From contig JAWQFM010000012.1 of assembly GCA_033442325.1 (NCBI GenBank), positions 1,127,577 through 1,191,576 of the forward strand: a DNA stretch of 64,000 nucleotides. Reading direction: 5' to 3'. A program made the position numbers and the translations under genes. The stretch is from Salpingoeca rosetta. Lineage: Eukaryota; Protista; Choanoflagellata. The number at the start of each line of letters is the position of its first letter. The first letter of the stretch is position 1. Shown piece by piece: positions 1 to 21,265 of this stretch. The notes under the pieces were generated by a model, which had not been told where the DNA came from, did no database searches, and worked only from the letters and a program-made list of their open reading frames with translations.

Positions 1-5716
<5,716 letters not shown>

Positions 5717-5825
5717 TGCTGCTCCGTGTGTTGTGGTGAGCGTTCGAGCGGTTGTTGTGATTTTGGCGGACAAGAAGAAGAAGAAGAAGAAGAAGAATAA
5801 CAACAGCCAACAGCAAGCAAGCGAG
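5717..5825. promoter_or_regulatory. 109-bp spacer between the divergent DHX40 and LRRC59 start codons (putative bidirectional promoter)
   Basis: ATG(-) at 5716 and ATG(+) at 5826. Confidence 0.6.
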
Positions 5826-8462
<2,637 letters not shown>

Positions 8463-9600
8463 TGTGGGCTCTCGCTCCACGGCTTGCATTGCATTGTAGT
8501 GCAGTGCAGTGCAGCGTGCCTTGCCTCGCGTTGCAGTGTGCCTCTTGAGTCTTGTGTCTTGCGTGTGCCATGCGTACACACGCTTGCTTGCCTGTGTTTG
8601 CTTGCTCTCTCTTTCTCTCTGTTTGCATGTGCGTGCATACACTACATACACACATTGTGTGGGACCGACTCCGCCCCCCCCCCTTTGCACAGTACACAGC
8701 CAAGCTTACCATCTCCTTGCCTCCTGTCCTCATCTCGAAGCAATCATTGATCGCTTGTTCCAACAAGGGCAACAAGACAGCAACAGCACAAACACAGCAA
8801 CAAGACAGCAACAACAGACAACAACAAGAAAGACAGCCGAAGGTTAATGGTTGGTTGGCTTTGGTTGACTTTGGTTGGCGCTGTCTCCTTGCTTGCTCGT
8901 CTGGTTTCCTTGCTTGCTCGCACATCTTCAAGTCTTCTTGCTGCTGCTCGACCTTTCCTCCTTTTTTCGCCTTTGTTGATTTTTGAAAGCTTAGCGGATG
9001 CGACCAGCACCCACGGTTGGGCACCAAAGCGACCCGCATGTGCACGAATGCAGTTCGAATGTTACGGTGCGAAGCGTGGCGTTGCAGAGAGCTTACCTAC
9101 ATCTTTGTTAGATTTTCGTTGAAACCGCACGACGAAAAAACCGTTGGCGGTTCTTTAGCGTTTCGCTTCTTGCCTGCAAGCAAAACAGCAAGCAAGCAAG
9201 GAGCAAGCGAAACTCCAACCAAAAATCGAAAAATCCTCACCACCGCTTCGACCTTCGCTTCGTTTCGCGTGTCCCTCTCTGCAACCACTGCCGCCGCTGC
9301 CATGTGATTGATGGTGGGAGTTTGCGTGCGTGCGTGCGTGCGTCAACTGACTGACAGCCCAGCCTGACTGTTTTCCTTTCCCGCTTTGCTTTGCCTTTTG
9401 CTTTGCTTTGCTTGCAGCCAGCGGGCCAGCAGTCAGGTGTTGTGCACACAACTCACACACTCCCCGCCACCTTTTGCTTGGCTTGGCTCGGCTTGTGTGC
9501 TGTATTTTCGCTGCCACAAACAAAAAGCCACCGCTCGTCGATCCATCTGGCTGGTGTTGGCGCTGTTGTTGTCCTCATCTGTGCACGACAAAAGCCTGAG

Positions 9601-9633
<33 letters not shown>

Positions 9634-9927
9634 CTCCCACATCACTGCTTGGTAGGTAGCTGCTGCTGCCGCCGTTGCTGATGCTGCTGTCGTTGTGTTG
9701 CAGCATCACATCATCACATCATCACACATGCGCTTCACATCAGCCGCGTGTGGATGGCTCACATCTTGCTTGCAGATCATCATCACACATCCAATCATAT
9801 CACTCACGTCCTTCCCTCCTCATCGTTGTCACGCTCACGCCTTGCCATTGTGCTTGTTCGCTGCAGCTCCATCCCACCGCAAACAACCTCAAGCACGGAA
9901 CGAACAGGGAGGCAAACAATCGCCATC

Positions 9928-11261
9928 ATGGCAGGTGCGCGCGAACAAAACCCACGTATCGCATTCCCAAGCACATCTTGGTTGTTGCCTGGATGGGCAC
10001 AACAAGTGATTTGTGTTGGTTGGTCCCGCACGAACTTCACATGCCCCATCGTGCTTGCTCAGCTTTGGCTGTGCTTTGTGGGTTGTTGCTTGTCTTGTTG
10101 TTCCTCATCATCCAACCCATGATGCGCAACCTTTCTTCCGTATCTCTCTCTCTCGCTCACTCTCCTTTCATTTTCTCATGACTTGCATCGCATCCATTTC
10201 ACAACACAGGCCGTGACTCCAGCATCACCATCCAAAGCCAACCGGCATCGCCCAACTTCCTGTGAGCTTGTTCTGCATGTGTGTGTGTGTGCATGTGTGT
10301 GTGCACCTGTGGTTAAGTACATGTACCTGTGTTTCTCCGCCACCATGCCACACACAAATCGGCGTCTTGTGCTCACGACATGCTCGCTCGCTCGCACATC
10401 TGCTGCAGGCGTCAGAATCACGACATCTTGCGTGACCTCACACAGCGCGTTGCAGAGCAATCCATCCAGGAAGCCCGCATCCTTGAACTGGTGTGTGCGA
10501 GGGCAGTGGTGTGCGCGTGCTGTCGCTTCACGACAAGACAAGCTTGTATTGCATGGATGCTCTTGTGTTGCTCTTGGTTTGCTCTTGGTTCGCCCGGTCT
10601 GCTGGGTGCGCTCATCTTGTTTCACTCAGTGCCCTCGTCCCTGATACTACTCTCACATGCTCTTCTTCCATCCCAATCACTCGTTCACACCCACCTCAGC
10701 TTGGCCAACCAGCATCCAGGCGCCCAATTGGTGGAGACATTGAATTCAAGGCGAAGAAACACACCATCAAGGTGATGATGATGATGGTGATGGTGCACAC
10801 AGCGCCTAGCTTTGGATGTGTGCCGTGTCCTGCTGTAGTTGCGCGACAACAGCACCTGTTTGTCAAAGAGCACGTTTTGCATTGCATTGGTCTGTGCGGC
10901 TCTTGTGCTTGTGCTGCATTGCACTGCGTCGTTCAGCCAACACATGGTTGCTCACCTCGAATCCTGCTGCTTCCCCATCCTCTCCCTCGCCCCTTTCTCT
11001 CCTCCTCGCTTTCACCATCACCATCACCACCACCACCGCCGCCGCCGCCGCCGCCACCGTCCTGAATGAAACCAGATGCGCGATGGGAGGCAACCAGGGG
11101 AATCCCTTGTGGAGTTCAAGCCTGTGAGCAGGGCTCACTCGCCCATTCCCATGTGCTCCATCCGCGACCTGTCAGATCTCAAGCCCAGGCTGCGAGCCAG
11201 CAAGGTGCACCACCGACCCACCCCCAAGAAGCAGCTCAAGTTCAAGCCCGTGCGCTCATGA
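9928..11261 (+). CDS. Small hypothetical protein (~132 aa), five coding exons
   Basis: Exons 9928-9934, 10210-10261, 10409-10490, 10700-10771, 11076-11261. All are GT-AG with matching phases and give a stop-free ORF MAGRDSSITIQSQPASPNFLRQNHDIL...KKQLKFKPVRS*. No recognised domain. Confidence 0.62.
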
Positions 11262-11735
11262 TGTGATGTGTGCGTCGGTGTCCGCACTACCCCTCCATCA
11301 AGACCTGGTGCAACACCCTGCTGCCTCACCTGTCTGCGTCCGGTGTTTCTCTGTCTTCACCGCGCATGTCCTCTTTCGCATTGATCACCATTCATTCATC
11401 TCCCAAGCTCGCAGCCATTTATATTTGCGTTGTTGTGATTTAACGTATGTGTGTGTGTGTGCGCGCGCGTGTGGGTGCAACTATTTCATTCCTCCATTGT
11501 TTTGCCTCTCTGACCTCTTCGTCTGCGCATGCTTTGGCGCTTTTTGCCTTGCCTCGTCCTCTCGTTGCTGTCGCCATTTCTTGTTGTTCACTTTCACATG
11601 CCAGCACATGTGTGCGCGTGTGTTCGCATGAATCGTGCGTGTCTTCTTTACCTTGTTTTGTGCTTGGGCGCTGCGCGCCCGCCGTCTGCTCCGCTGTGGT
11701 GCCAACGTACACCGTGCGGCTACATGAATCCTCTC

Positions 11736-11818
<83 letters not shown>

Positions 11819-12269
11819 ACACACTCACTCACACACTGGACACACATGCGTGTCCCATTCTCGTTTGACTTCTCTTTTTCTCGTGTTACAACCTCCCCCC
11901 CCCCCCCATTTCTTCTACCTGAGCCCTCGTAACTCCGTTTGTCACACTGTTGGCTTGTTGATACCAGCGAACACCAATGGCGCACAGCCCAATTCAATTC
12001 AATTGACTTGCTTGAATAAACATGATACACTCCAACCACCCCCGCCATAGTCGGTTTGAAACGACTCATGCATGCCACATCGTGTCATGGTCGAAAACAC
12101 GATGACCGAACAAAACCCTTAGTGAACACTGCAGGCGGTCGTTTGGTGTGGCTGGTCGCAAACGCATGTACGGATGCGTGTAACACGGTGAAGAGACTTT
12201 CTAGTTTAGTTCATATAGAGAGGCGAGGGGGACAGCATGCATGGATGCAGCGTCATCATACGCCCAGGC

Positions 12270-15200
12270 TTACAAAGCCAGGTGGATGTCTGCTTCGTTC
12301 ACGCCAAACTCATCCAAGACGTGCGTCATGTTCACGTTGAAGGGCATGCTTGCAAGCAAGCGGGCCAGGGCCAGGTTGTACGGCTGGAACAACCCACGCA
12401 ACAGCGCCTCCGTCCGCGCCGGCATGCGGCCACGTGAGCGGCGATTGTTTGACAGGCCGCGTTCGAACCAGCGCATGTCCTCCACATCAAATGGGCGCCC
12501 AAATGCATCTGTCACGCGCTTCACCGCCGCCACGGGTTCCGCTTTCAGCTCCCCTGCGGGCGCGTGCGTGCGTGTGTGCGTGATTGATTGATTGATTGAG
12601 AGAGAGAGAGTGTGTGTGTGTGTGTGTGTGCGTATGCGTATGCGAGAGGGTGAGCAAATGTGAGTGAATAAGTGTGTGTGTGTGAGCAAATGTGAGTGAG
12701 TAAATGCGAGTGAGTTAGTGAGTGAGTGTGTGTGTGTGTATGTGGGTGCGTACATGAGCGAGTGTATAAACGTGTTCTCCTTATGTGCACAAGCGCCCAT
12801 GTATCGCCTTGGCTCGCCACCTCTACATCCTTCCCCCCCTCGGGCAACAAATCCGCATCGATTGCATGCACGATGCACACGCACCACTGGTGAGAATGAT
12901 AAACTGGTCCGGCTTGAATCCTGCGCAGAGGAAGTTGAAGAGCTGGTCTGCGTACAGGCCCATGTACGCAAAGCCGGCGTGCCTGTTGACCGCATGCGCA
13001 GGCTTGTTCATGTCTGCGTCGTAGTTGAGCGTAAACTTGACGAACCACGGTTGCTTTGCGTCCGCCGCCTTTGGCTTCATGCACTGGTGAAAGGCGTCAT
13101 ATGCCGCGCGAATATCGCGGCACTGCGCCAAATCAAACGGCCCGCCAGCTTCCATCCCCATTGCCGCCTTTGTCGCAGTGCCACTCGCCTCCTTGTTGCT
13201 TTTCCCTTTGTTGGCACTGGTATCACCGCCACCACTATGGCCACCACGACTGCCACCGTTCTTGGCAGCGGCACTTGCGCCCTGATATGCGGTATGGGCG
13301 CGCTGCAAGCCGTCCAGGGAAAGCAGAGCCAGGGTTGAGTTGTAGCACGAGCGCAGCAGGCGCACCTCCTCCGAGATTAGCCCGCCAAAGTCCTGCGGGG
13401 TTGCGTCCTCTGGGCGCAAGGCATGGTGGTAGGAGCTCCACGCACGCGCCACGGGGTCGCGCAGGATTGCGACAAAGGTCGTCTGCTCTGGGCCGGGCAG
13501 CATTTGCCACATGTTGTATGGGCGACGCAAGTCCGACATGTAGCGCGGCGTAAACTCAAATGGCACCGTATCTGGTTTGGCGTTGCCGTGGCATGCGAGC
13601 GTTTTGGCGTCGCACTTGATGTTGAGCCCCAGCTTGCCCCACTTGGAGCCATACCACTTGACACGGGAGACGAGGCGCGGCGCCAGCTTGGGGGAATCAT
13701 TCACGTATTGCCGATACAGCAGGTCCCCATTGAATGCGTGAATCTCCTTTTGCGTTGACATGATAAACCCTTTCACCATGGACAGGTAGGCTGCGAAAAA
13801 AGATCGTTTGTGTGTGTGTATGTGTGTGTGTGTGTAATTGTGTGTGTGTGTGTGTGAGTGAGTGAGTGAGTGAGTGAGTGAGTGTGAGTGAGTGAGTGAG
13901 TGAGTGTGTGTGTGAGTGAGTGAGTGAGTGTGAGTGTGTGTGTGTGTGTGTGTGTGAGTGTGAGTGTGTGTGAGTGAGTGAGAGTGAGTGTGATTGAGTG
14001 TGTGTGCGTGCGAGGAGGAAGGGCATAGGGCAAAACCGCGGGATGGATTCTTGCCAGCAAAGGCTGTACAGCACAATCAAGCGCACCAGCAAGGCTCGTG
14101 GTTCCACACTTTTGACAGCCTGGAATCGCCGACAATACATACGTATTTGTGCAGTGCGGTGTGAGAGCTTGCAAGCAACCGTAGCAGTTGCAGGTCATCG
14201 TGGTGATGAGCACCAGAGACAGAGACAGAGACAGAGACAGAGACAGAGACAGAGACATAGGCAGAGGAAGAGACAGACGTAGAGGCAGACAGATGCAGAG
14301 ACAGAAAGGCAAGCACAGACACACACAGACATATATACACAGACACACAGACACACACACAGACACACAGACAGCTGCATTCACTCTCGCCCAAAGCACG
14401 CATGCATTGCTCTCTCACCAATGCCAATGAGGCGTGGGTAGAGGCCTTGGTCCGTGATGTTGGCTGGTGCCAGCAAATTAGGCAGCATCGTCTGCGACCA
14501 GCCTCCCCCGCTGCCTTTGCCTTGCTGCTGCTGATGCTGAAGCTCAGGACGTGTATGTGTTGCCAAAGGTTCCCTCTCTTGATCCTGTGGTGGGAGATGC
14601 CAAGAGGGATAACATACAGGAGAGAAAAAACAGGAAAATTGATGTGAGGAAGCAAAACACAGCCAGCAAGGCAAGCCAGCCAGCAAAGCAAGCCAGCCAG
14701 TCAGACAAGCCAGCAGCACCCTCCCAAAAAGCCAGTGCTGCGTGTTTTGTTGCTTGCAAGCAAAAGAAAACAAAGGACAGCAGACCTGCAAGGTTTCTTG
14801 GTCATCGTCATCAAAGTCGTCGGTGTCGTCGTCGTCGTTAGAAGCCGCATGCGAAGAATGGTCTGTTCCACCACCAGAGGGGTCTTGGAAACGGTCGCTG
14901 TCGCGCAGGTGCATGCCAGCCTCAGCAGCAGCAGGAGGCTGGCTGTGTGTGCCTTCTTGGCCAGGCCGCTGTTGTGTGCCGGAAACGGCCAAGCCGCTGT
15001 CCACTCCCTGTGGGCGCCACCGTTGTTGTGTTTGTGCTTGTGCTTGTGCCTGTTGCTGTGACTGTTCCTGCACGTCTTCAGCTTTGATGCTGGCAGCGAG
15101 CATGTGTTGCTGCTGCACGACGTAGCCGCCCAACAGCGCCGATCCAAACGCCACAACCACAACCACCAGTACAAACGTGCAGGGCCCAATCGATGGCAGA

Positions 15201-15274
15201 CCCCATGACGACGACGACGACGACGAGGCGCTGCCTCTGCTGCTGCTGCTGCTGCCGTTGCTGGAGGGCGGCAT
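12270..15274 (-). CDS. Type II membrane (Golgi-type) sulfotransferase, heparan-sulfate 3-O/N-sulfotransferase-like fold (~625 aa)
   Basis: Exons 15274-14786, 14584-14419, 14119-14087, 13790-12885, 12553-12270. N-terminal TM (FVLVVVVVAFGSALLGGYVV); 5'-PSB motif IGIGCQKCGTTSL; KEIHAF; 3'-PB motif ILRDPVARAWSSY; C-terminal LRGLFQPYNLALARLL. Confidence 0.85.
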
Positions 15275-15939
15275 GTCAACGTTGGTGTATTTGTGTGTTT
15301 GTGTGTTGGTGAGATGCTGTTGGGGTGCGTTGGTCGAGATGTGACGTGGGCGTTGAGTTAGTGGGTTGCGCGACGACGCAGGCAGGAGCGGCTCCCATAT
15401 GGCACTACTGTTTTTGGTGTCGGTGCAAGCAATTTTCCGCGGGTTTGTGTGTGCGCCAGCTTCTTTGTGTTACGGGCCACTGCAGCAAGCAGCACACGTC
15501 ATCATGGTGAGTGCGATGTTGAGGGGAGTTTGCAGCGATGCTGCTGGCAGCCATCGTAGCTCTGCTGGCAGTGGCACCAGTGTGTGTCTGTGTGTGTCTG
15601 TGTGTGTCTGTGTGTGTGTGTATGGCACCCTCCTCTTGTGCACATCCCTTTTCTGCTGTTTGGTTGCTATATCGCTGGGTGTTGTTTGTTGCTTGTGGAT
15701 GAGTGGCTGCGCGTTTGCTACTTCGTGAACGCGTGTGACGTGACATGTGACGTGCAATGATGCTGCACACGCCCCGTTCCTCCAAAATGGATTGTTACGG
15801 CCACCTGTTGCCGCATCACGACTGTTCTTCAACAGTCCAGTGCCATCATCGGCCTGTGCATCACGTAGTTGTGCACACCCACAAACACACGAGCACGCAC
15901 GGACGCGCATCTACCCACAGCCAGCCACAAACACAAACA

Positions 15940-16050
15940 CACACACACATAGATATACGCACGCACGCTAGCACACACACACACACACATAGATATACGC
16001 ACGTACGCTAGCACACACACACACACACACACATAGATATACGCTAGCAC
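15940..16050. repeat. Three tandem copies of (CA)n-CATAGATATACGC..CTAGC upstream of hisG
   Basis: catagatatacgc at ~15948, ~15988 and ~16032, each followed by ctagc and a CA run. Confidence 0.85.
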
Positions 16051-16158
16051 ACACACACACACATACCCACACACACCAGCACACACCAGCACACATACAC
16101 GCGGCAACACAAATACACAAACACAAGCACAAACACAAGCACAGCCAGACACTGAGCC

Positions 16159-17439
<1,281 letters not shown>

Positions 17440-18711
17440 GAGAGAGAGAGAGAGAGAATGTGTGTGCTTGTGCGCGTGCGTGTGTTCGAATGTGTGTGCG
17501 TGTGTGTGTGCGCGCGCGCGTGAGAATGTGAGCATCTGTCTGTGCATGTTTCTGAGTGTATGTGTGTGCGTTGGCGTGCGTCTCTCCCTCCCCCCTCCCT
17601 CTCTGTCTGTGAGTTTGAAGCACCGTTTGGCTGTCATCCTGTGCATGCTTCGATTGCGTCAATTCATTGGTTCAATTGCTTCAGCATGCATGCATGGTTG
17701 CCTCTCATCTTTGTTTGCCCTTTTCTCCTGTCTTGTTCCGCTTCGTTCGCGATTGCCTTGCTTCCCATCGGTTGCCTTGCTTCCCATCGATTGCTTTGCT
17801 TTCATCTTTGCGCCCTTCCCTTCGATAGGCTCGTTACAGCCGCCAGCCGCCAACACCACATCGTCCAACACATGTGCTTCTTCGTCACTGTTGGAGAGAG
17901 CCAGGAGGGAGAGAGGAAAGAGGAAAGAGAGAGGGAGGGGGGGGGAAAGAGTACAAGGCAAAGAGTAAGGAGATGAGAGGAGGAGGGGACGGAGGAAGGC
18001 AAAACCCATGACACGCAAACACACACAGACACACACACACACACACAGACACAGACACACACGCACACACACACACACACACGCACACACCCTATATCTA
18101 TGTCGTACAACATTGTCCGTTTAATGAGGGGCGGCAGTGTGAGTTGGCAAGTGGGGAAGAAGGGGGGTGGGCGGAGGTTGTAAACGAATGGCGTCGCAAT
18201 CGCACAGGCCGAAGCAGTGTCGTCATCAGTGCCATCACCGTCATTGTCACATCGTCGCCAGCAAAAGCATCGCCAACGAGGACAGCAACAACAGCAGCAA
18301 CAGCAACAACAGCAACACGCGCACACAGGCACTGCAGCTCTCCAGGTCCCGATTGAGCCCTCAAACACACGCACGCCATGCACACATAGACAGCACAAAA
18401 AGGAGCACACGCAACTCACACGCGTTCCACAGAGACACAGGAGACACACCAGCAGGCCTGCCAACGAAAATTGGCGGGAACACAACGAAGAGGAGATGCA
18501 CGTGCAAACCCATGCACACAGCTACTAATCAATGGGTGGGAATGACGCAAGAGCAACGAAACTGCGACGGGAAGACCAACACACGCAGACACACGCACGC
18601 ATGAGAAGGAAACGCAAAATGTATACAAGCAAAGCAACACGCAACCACACACGGCAAGCAAGGCAAGTCCGGAAAGGGGGGGGGGAGAGAGAGAGAGAGC
18701 AATAAAAGGAA

Positions 18712-18811
18712 NNNNNNNNNNNNNNNNNNNNNNNNNNNNNNNNNNNNNNNNNNNNNNNNNNNNNNNNNNNNNNNNNNNNNNNNNNNNNNNNNNNNNNNNN
18801 NNNNNNNNNNN
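18712..18811. other. Assembly gap (100 N), followed by low-quality homopolymer sequence to ~18905
   Basis: 100 N, then T/C/G/A homopolymer runs. Confidence 1.
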
Positions 18812-19412
18812 TTTTTTTTTTTTTTTCCCCCCCCGGGGGGGGGGGAAGGGGGGGGAAAAATAAAAGGCCCCCCCCCCCCCTATTTTTTTTTTTGGGGGGG
18901 GGGGTATGGCTTGGTTTGGACGCGGGAGGGAAAAACAGGAAAACACAACACGGGACTTGTTGGGCAGCAATTGTCACGAAGACAAACAACGAGCAGTGTG
19001 GAGGAAGAGGTGTGCGGTGCGTGAAACCACAGTGAGATGGATGGCGACACGACAGCTCCACACACACAGGGAGAGAGATTGTAGCTCAAGGGGGGAAACA
19101 CAACACATGAAGGTGGGTGGCGATGGAGGTCAGAGACAAGAACAAACAAAGAAGACAGGGGGATGACCAGCAGCCCGGTTAGACACAACGACAGCAGAGT
19201 CACAGCAGGTGGCAACAGCGAGACGGACGCAAAAAGGTGGGATGAAGACAGTGCATGATGGAGGGTTGCTGCAATGCTGAAGCGTGCATCAGCCACATCA
19301 CCACATCACCATCATCACCGTGTGCGTGCGCCCACATGCGCCGTTGCCAGGTGGTCGTGTTGGTCGTCATCGTCGCTGCACACGCGTTGGTGGAAACACG
19401 GCTGCATAGTCA

Positions 19413-19834
19413 TCACGACGACTCCTCTGCGTCTTCGTGTTCCGACGGCTGCTGTTCATTGGGTTGCTGGTCCTTGGGCTGCTGTTGGTCGGGCTGCTGG
19501 TCTTCGGGTTGCTGTTGGTTGGGCTGTTCCGAGGGTTGCTCGGGTGACTGCTCAGAGGACTCCGCCCGCTTGGCACCTGTGCGTGCGCGTGCGCGCGCGT
19601 GTGTGTGTGTGGAGGGACGGAGTGAGGGGAGGCATATGAAGGATGGGAGATGAAGCAGGAGCGTATGTACATGCGTTGTTGAAAATGTATATGATGGTTG
19701 TGTGTGGATGTGTGCGTCATGGCCGTGTATGCTGGCATGGACATGTCAAAGTTACAAATGCAAATAAACACCCAAGGCAGTCACGATGGATGCACCACCG
19801 CCGGACACACACACACACACCCACCCACACACAC

Positions 19835-19901
<67 letters not shown>

Positions 19902-20192
19902 GGCCAACACCACGGACGCACCAAACTGTTTTTGCGCCTCCTCGAGCGAGAGGGCGTTTGCAATGACGCTGGACGTCGATTCCTCTGCTGATGTGTCTGT
20001 TGATGTTGGCGCGGACGGCGTTGCCTGCGCATCGCCCTTGGATGACATCTGTTCCTTCACCTGGCCCATCTGTGGCGGCGGCGGCGGTGGCGGTGTGGTG
20101 TGGTGTGTGGAGGGAGGGGTGTTGATGTTGGGTGCACAGGACAAGCGAGGGCGTGTCAGATGGTTGGTGAGTAAAGGTTCATGCATGCATGC

Positions 20193-20262
<70 letters not shown>

Positions 20263-20702
20263 TATTGTCCATGCACACGAGCGCAAGCACAACAACAATA
20301 ACACCACCACCACCAAGACGAAGAAGAAGTAGAAGAACAACAACAACTCCTTGGCAGCAGCAGACGGGACGGACCTGTGGCGAGTCGCCCGAGCCAATGT
20401 GGCCCGCGTGCACAAAGTTGGTGGGCGCACCAATCATGGACCGGTCAATCCTTCGCCGCTGGGGCTGTGGCCGCGTCAAGCAGAGGGAGTGACGTGCGTG
20501 GCGTGAAGGTGGCGGGCGTTTGGGGGGGGGGTGTGCCGTGGATGGTGTGGAATGTGTTTAGTGAGGGACAACGGCAATATTGGGAGCAAGCAGCGAGAGG
20601 AGAGCGCAAACGGAAAGGGTGGTAACGTTCGCGTCGTTGCAGGGAATGTGCACTGACCTGCGGCTCCTCGGACATGCATCCCCAAGGAAATGAGAACCCC
20701 AT
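19413..20702 (-). CDS. CDC42SE: CDC42 small effector (SPEC)-like CRIB protein (~155 aa)
   Basis: Exons 20702-20658, 20464-20375, 20069-19901, 19576-19413. Protein [57 protein letters not shown]...: CRIB motif plus the SPEC-typical RRRIDR.MIG and V.EQM.SKG. Confidence 0.88.
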
Positions 20703-20819
20703 AACAGCTGTGGCGCAGGTGAGAGAAAGCGTGAGGGAAGGGGGGGGGGAGCAAGTCAGTGGGTGAGAGGAGGCGAGCAAGGGAAAGCGGGTGAGAAGCA
20801 AAAGTACACGTGCAGCAAC

Positions 20820-21121
20820 AAGAAGGGACAAGAAGAAGACGATGAAGAAGAAGAAGAAGGAGAAGAAGAAGGGACGAGAAGAAGACGATGATGAAGAAGA
20901 AGGAGAAGACGATGAAGAAGAAGAAGACGATGAAGAAGAAGAAGAAGAAGAAGAAGAAGGGACGAGAAGAAGACGATGAAGAAGAAGAAGGAGAAGACGA
21001 TGAAGAAGAAGAAGAAGAAGAAGAAGAAGAAGAAGAAGGAGGAGAAGAAGAAGAAGACGATGAAGAAGAAGAAGACGAACAACAACGACAACGACAACGA
21101 CGACAGACGGCGACGACGACG

Positions 21122-21203
<82 letters not shown>

Positions 21204-21265
21204 CTTATTGAACAACAAGGAACAACAACAAGGAACAACAACTTCAACAACAACAACAACTCAAA
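20820..21265. repeat. Compound (GAA)n/(GAC)n/(CAA)n low-complexity tract
   Basis: GAA-rich 20830-21075 with repeated gggacgagaagaagacgatg units, then a CAA run ~21122-21203. Confidence 0.95.

Noticed and set aside
8990-9075. GTTCGAAT (tRNA T-loop/B-box-like) with short inverted repeats
   Set aside because: I could not build a cloverleaf or find an A-box at suitable spacing; tRNAscan-SE or Infernal would be needed.
15940-16050. Regularly spaced repeats as a CRISPR-like array
   Set aside because: The 'spacers' are just CA runs, there are only three units, the context is eukaryotic and no cas genes are present.
18812-18905. G/C/T homopolymer block (possible G-quadruplex or poly-A insertion)
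   Set aside because: It is immediately adjacent to an N-gap and typical of a low-quality read end.
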